Source: Patescibacteria group bacterium
GTDB taxonomy: Bacteria; Patescibacteriota; Minisyncoccia; Phycocordibacterales; UBA1539
Reading direction: 5' to 3'
NCBI GenBank assembly: GCA_036985875.1
Contig: BTQM01000003.1
Location: 1 to 34,806 of the forward strand
Length of the DNA: 34,806 nucleotides
The notes under the pieces were generated by a model. It worked only from the letters and a program-made list of their open reading frames with translations. It did not search any database and was not told the DNA's origin. A program made the position numbers and the translations under genes. Below, in pieces: positions 33,419 to 34,806 of this stretch (position 1 is its first letter; every line of letters begins with the position of its first letter).

Positions 33419-33546
33419 ATTCCCACCGGAAAAGATGCAGGGGTTCCTCGCGGTTGTTGGGGGCAAAATCTTTTGACACATAAGTAATTTTGTGCGTAAA
33501 TACAATCAGAAAGAATCGTTGACACAAAAAATAAGGAGATAACAAC

Positions 33547-34428
33547 GTGACTAGCAAGCTAGGAATCACCATTGATGATTTCATGCAGATCCTCCCGAGA
33601 ATCTGCGACAAAGAAACAACTCAAGAACCCCATGGATGGTCTCCTGAGAATCCTTTATGGGGGCATTGTGCGGTGGTGTCTATTGTTGCCCAAAACCTGT
33701 TTGGCGGCACCATCCTGAGGGCATCGCTCAAGCCGTATCCCAAGTTTTCTGGGGCAGCCTCTCATTACTGGAACCTTCTTGAATCAGGTGAGGAGAAAGA
33801 TTTTACTGCTGTGCAGTTTGGTAATGACTACCCGGAAGGTATGGAAGGCGAGGAAAGAACCCGTTCTTATATTCTTTCGCATTCTGAAACTGTAGAGCGC
33901 TACAAACTTCTTGCGTTTCGCCTTGCGAAAGCCGTTACGCAGAACCCACTTTTTGAGAATGACATTTACCGACTTTGTTTTATGAAGGCCCTTGAATCAG
34001 AATGTCGAAAGATGTGGTTTGGATGCGCTATTACACACGAAGATAACACTCTTGCGGTGACAGCCAACAAGTCCATTGAACCCCTGAAGCATATCTGTGA
34101 ACCGACTTGTGTCAGATCCCAGATGCAACCTCAAGGCGAAGCTGCTCTTGGAGCATGCGTCCACGCAGAGGAATGGGCCTTGTGGGAAATGACGAAACGT
34201 TTCTTCCCCACTTCTGAATGCGATTTGTGGATCGCCGGAGTAAACACGAATGGGATGCCCTGGTTCAAAGAGGAGGCAGTGTATACATGTCTTCATTGCG
34301 CACCTCGGATGTTTCTTGCAAACTTCAGAACCATACACGTGCCCGTCGGGAATCGGTGGGAAGGTATGAGTCCCGAGGAAGCAGTACGAACTGCGTCTGA
34401 ATATGCCTTGAAACAAAAAAGCGCATAA
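33547..34428 (+). CDS. Fusion: YunG-like N-terminal domain plus dCMP/cytidine deaminase-like zinc domain
   Basis: WSPENPLWGHCAVVS...FGG...HYWN, then CVHAEE...TCLHC; AAGGAG RBS before GTG. Confidence 0.72.
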   Translation: MTSKLGITIDDFMQILPRICDKETTQEPHGWSPENPLWGHCAVVSIVAQNLFGGTILRASLKPYPKFSGAASHYWNLLESGEEKDFTAVQFGNDYPEGMEGEERTRSYILSHSETVERYKLLAFRLAKAVTQNPLFENDIYRLCFMKALESECRKMWFGCAITHEDNTLAVTANKSIEPLKHICEPTCVRSQMQPQGEAALGACVHAEEWALWEMTKRFFPTSECDLWIAGVNTNGMPWFKEEAVYTCLHCAPRMFLANFRTIHVPVGNRWEGMSPEEAVRTASEYALKQKSA

Positions 34429-34442
34429 TCAAACGAAAGCTC

Positions 34443-34474
34443 AGCCGCTCTGAAATACGAGCGGCTTTTTTATT
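34443..34474 (+). terminator. Rho-independent terminator
   Basis: AGCCGCTC-8 nt-GAGCGGCT followed by TTTTTATT. Confidence 0.8.
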
Positions 34475-34620
34475 GGCTCCTCGGCTCGGTATATCCGCGC
34501 CGGATAGGATGTAGATCCATCAGACCTTCTGTGGGTCTCGGGACTCGATAACTCCACATCAAGGATCGTCCTTGGTATGGGGCAGGAGTTTTTTTGGTAT
34601 AATGGGTGGCAATGGCGAGG

Positions 34621-34806
34621 ATGAAACCGAAAAAAGAAATAAAACGATGTAGGTGGTCGGAAGGGAGCGATACGCTCATGGCGGAGTATCACGACAAGGA
34701 ATGGGGTGTTCCCGTGCATGATGACCGCCATTTGTTCGAGGTGCTCATCTTAGATGGCGCACAGGCGGGGCTTTCGTGGAGAACAATCTTGAACAAGCGC
34801 GAAAAT
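34621..34806 (+). CDS. tag: DNA-3-methyladenine glycosylase I (partial, runs off window)
   Basis: My translation: MKPKKEIKRCRWSEGSDTLMAEYHDKEWGVPVHDDRHLFEVLILDGAQAGLSWRTILNKREN. Confidence 0.93.
   Translation, partial: MKPKKEIKRCRWSEGSDTLMAEYHDKEWGVPVHDDRHLFEVLILDGAQAGLSWRTILNKREN

Noticed and set aside
1-34806. Alternative genetic code (TGA=Gly, code 25)
   Set aside because: pilB, tmk and the adhesin end at TGA at natural positions and conserved genes are uninterrupted

Overview
Bacterial chromosomal segment in the standard genetic code (TGA used as stop). Gene style and content suggest Patescibacteria/CPR, Parcubacteria-like (inference). Positions ~1.5-20.6 kb hold a type IV pilus locus. 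It has a leftward PilM-PilN fusion, PilO-like and small bitopic genes, then a Cache-HAMP-PAS histidine kinase with a stand-alone receiver. Next come two paralogous major pilins, a degenerate prepilin-peptidase-like protein, PilB, PilC, four minor pilins and an 1825-aa secreted adhesin with an apparently exact 1.6-kb internal duplication. Then follow pgi, a second kinase/receiver module, secE-nusG-rplK, a palindrome-flanked TrpR/YerC-like gene, dcd, tmk, argS, an ImmA/IrrE-like peptidase, a YunG-like/deaminase fusion and a partial tag; a partial guaB-family gene is at the left edge. The main unexplained signal is a family of 7-bp-periodic inverted arrays, (nnnnAAC)n-hairpin-(GTTnnnn)n, at most pilus gene junctions. 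Some encode prepilin leader peptides, and two share an exact 49-bp direct repeat bracketing the PilV-like plus adhesin pair. A second candidate system is the TrpR-like gene bracketed by three copies of one palindrome. All calls are by eye, without database searches.
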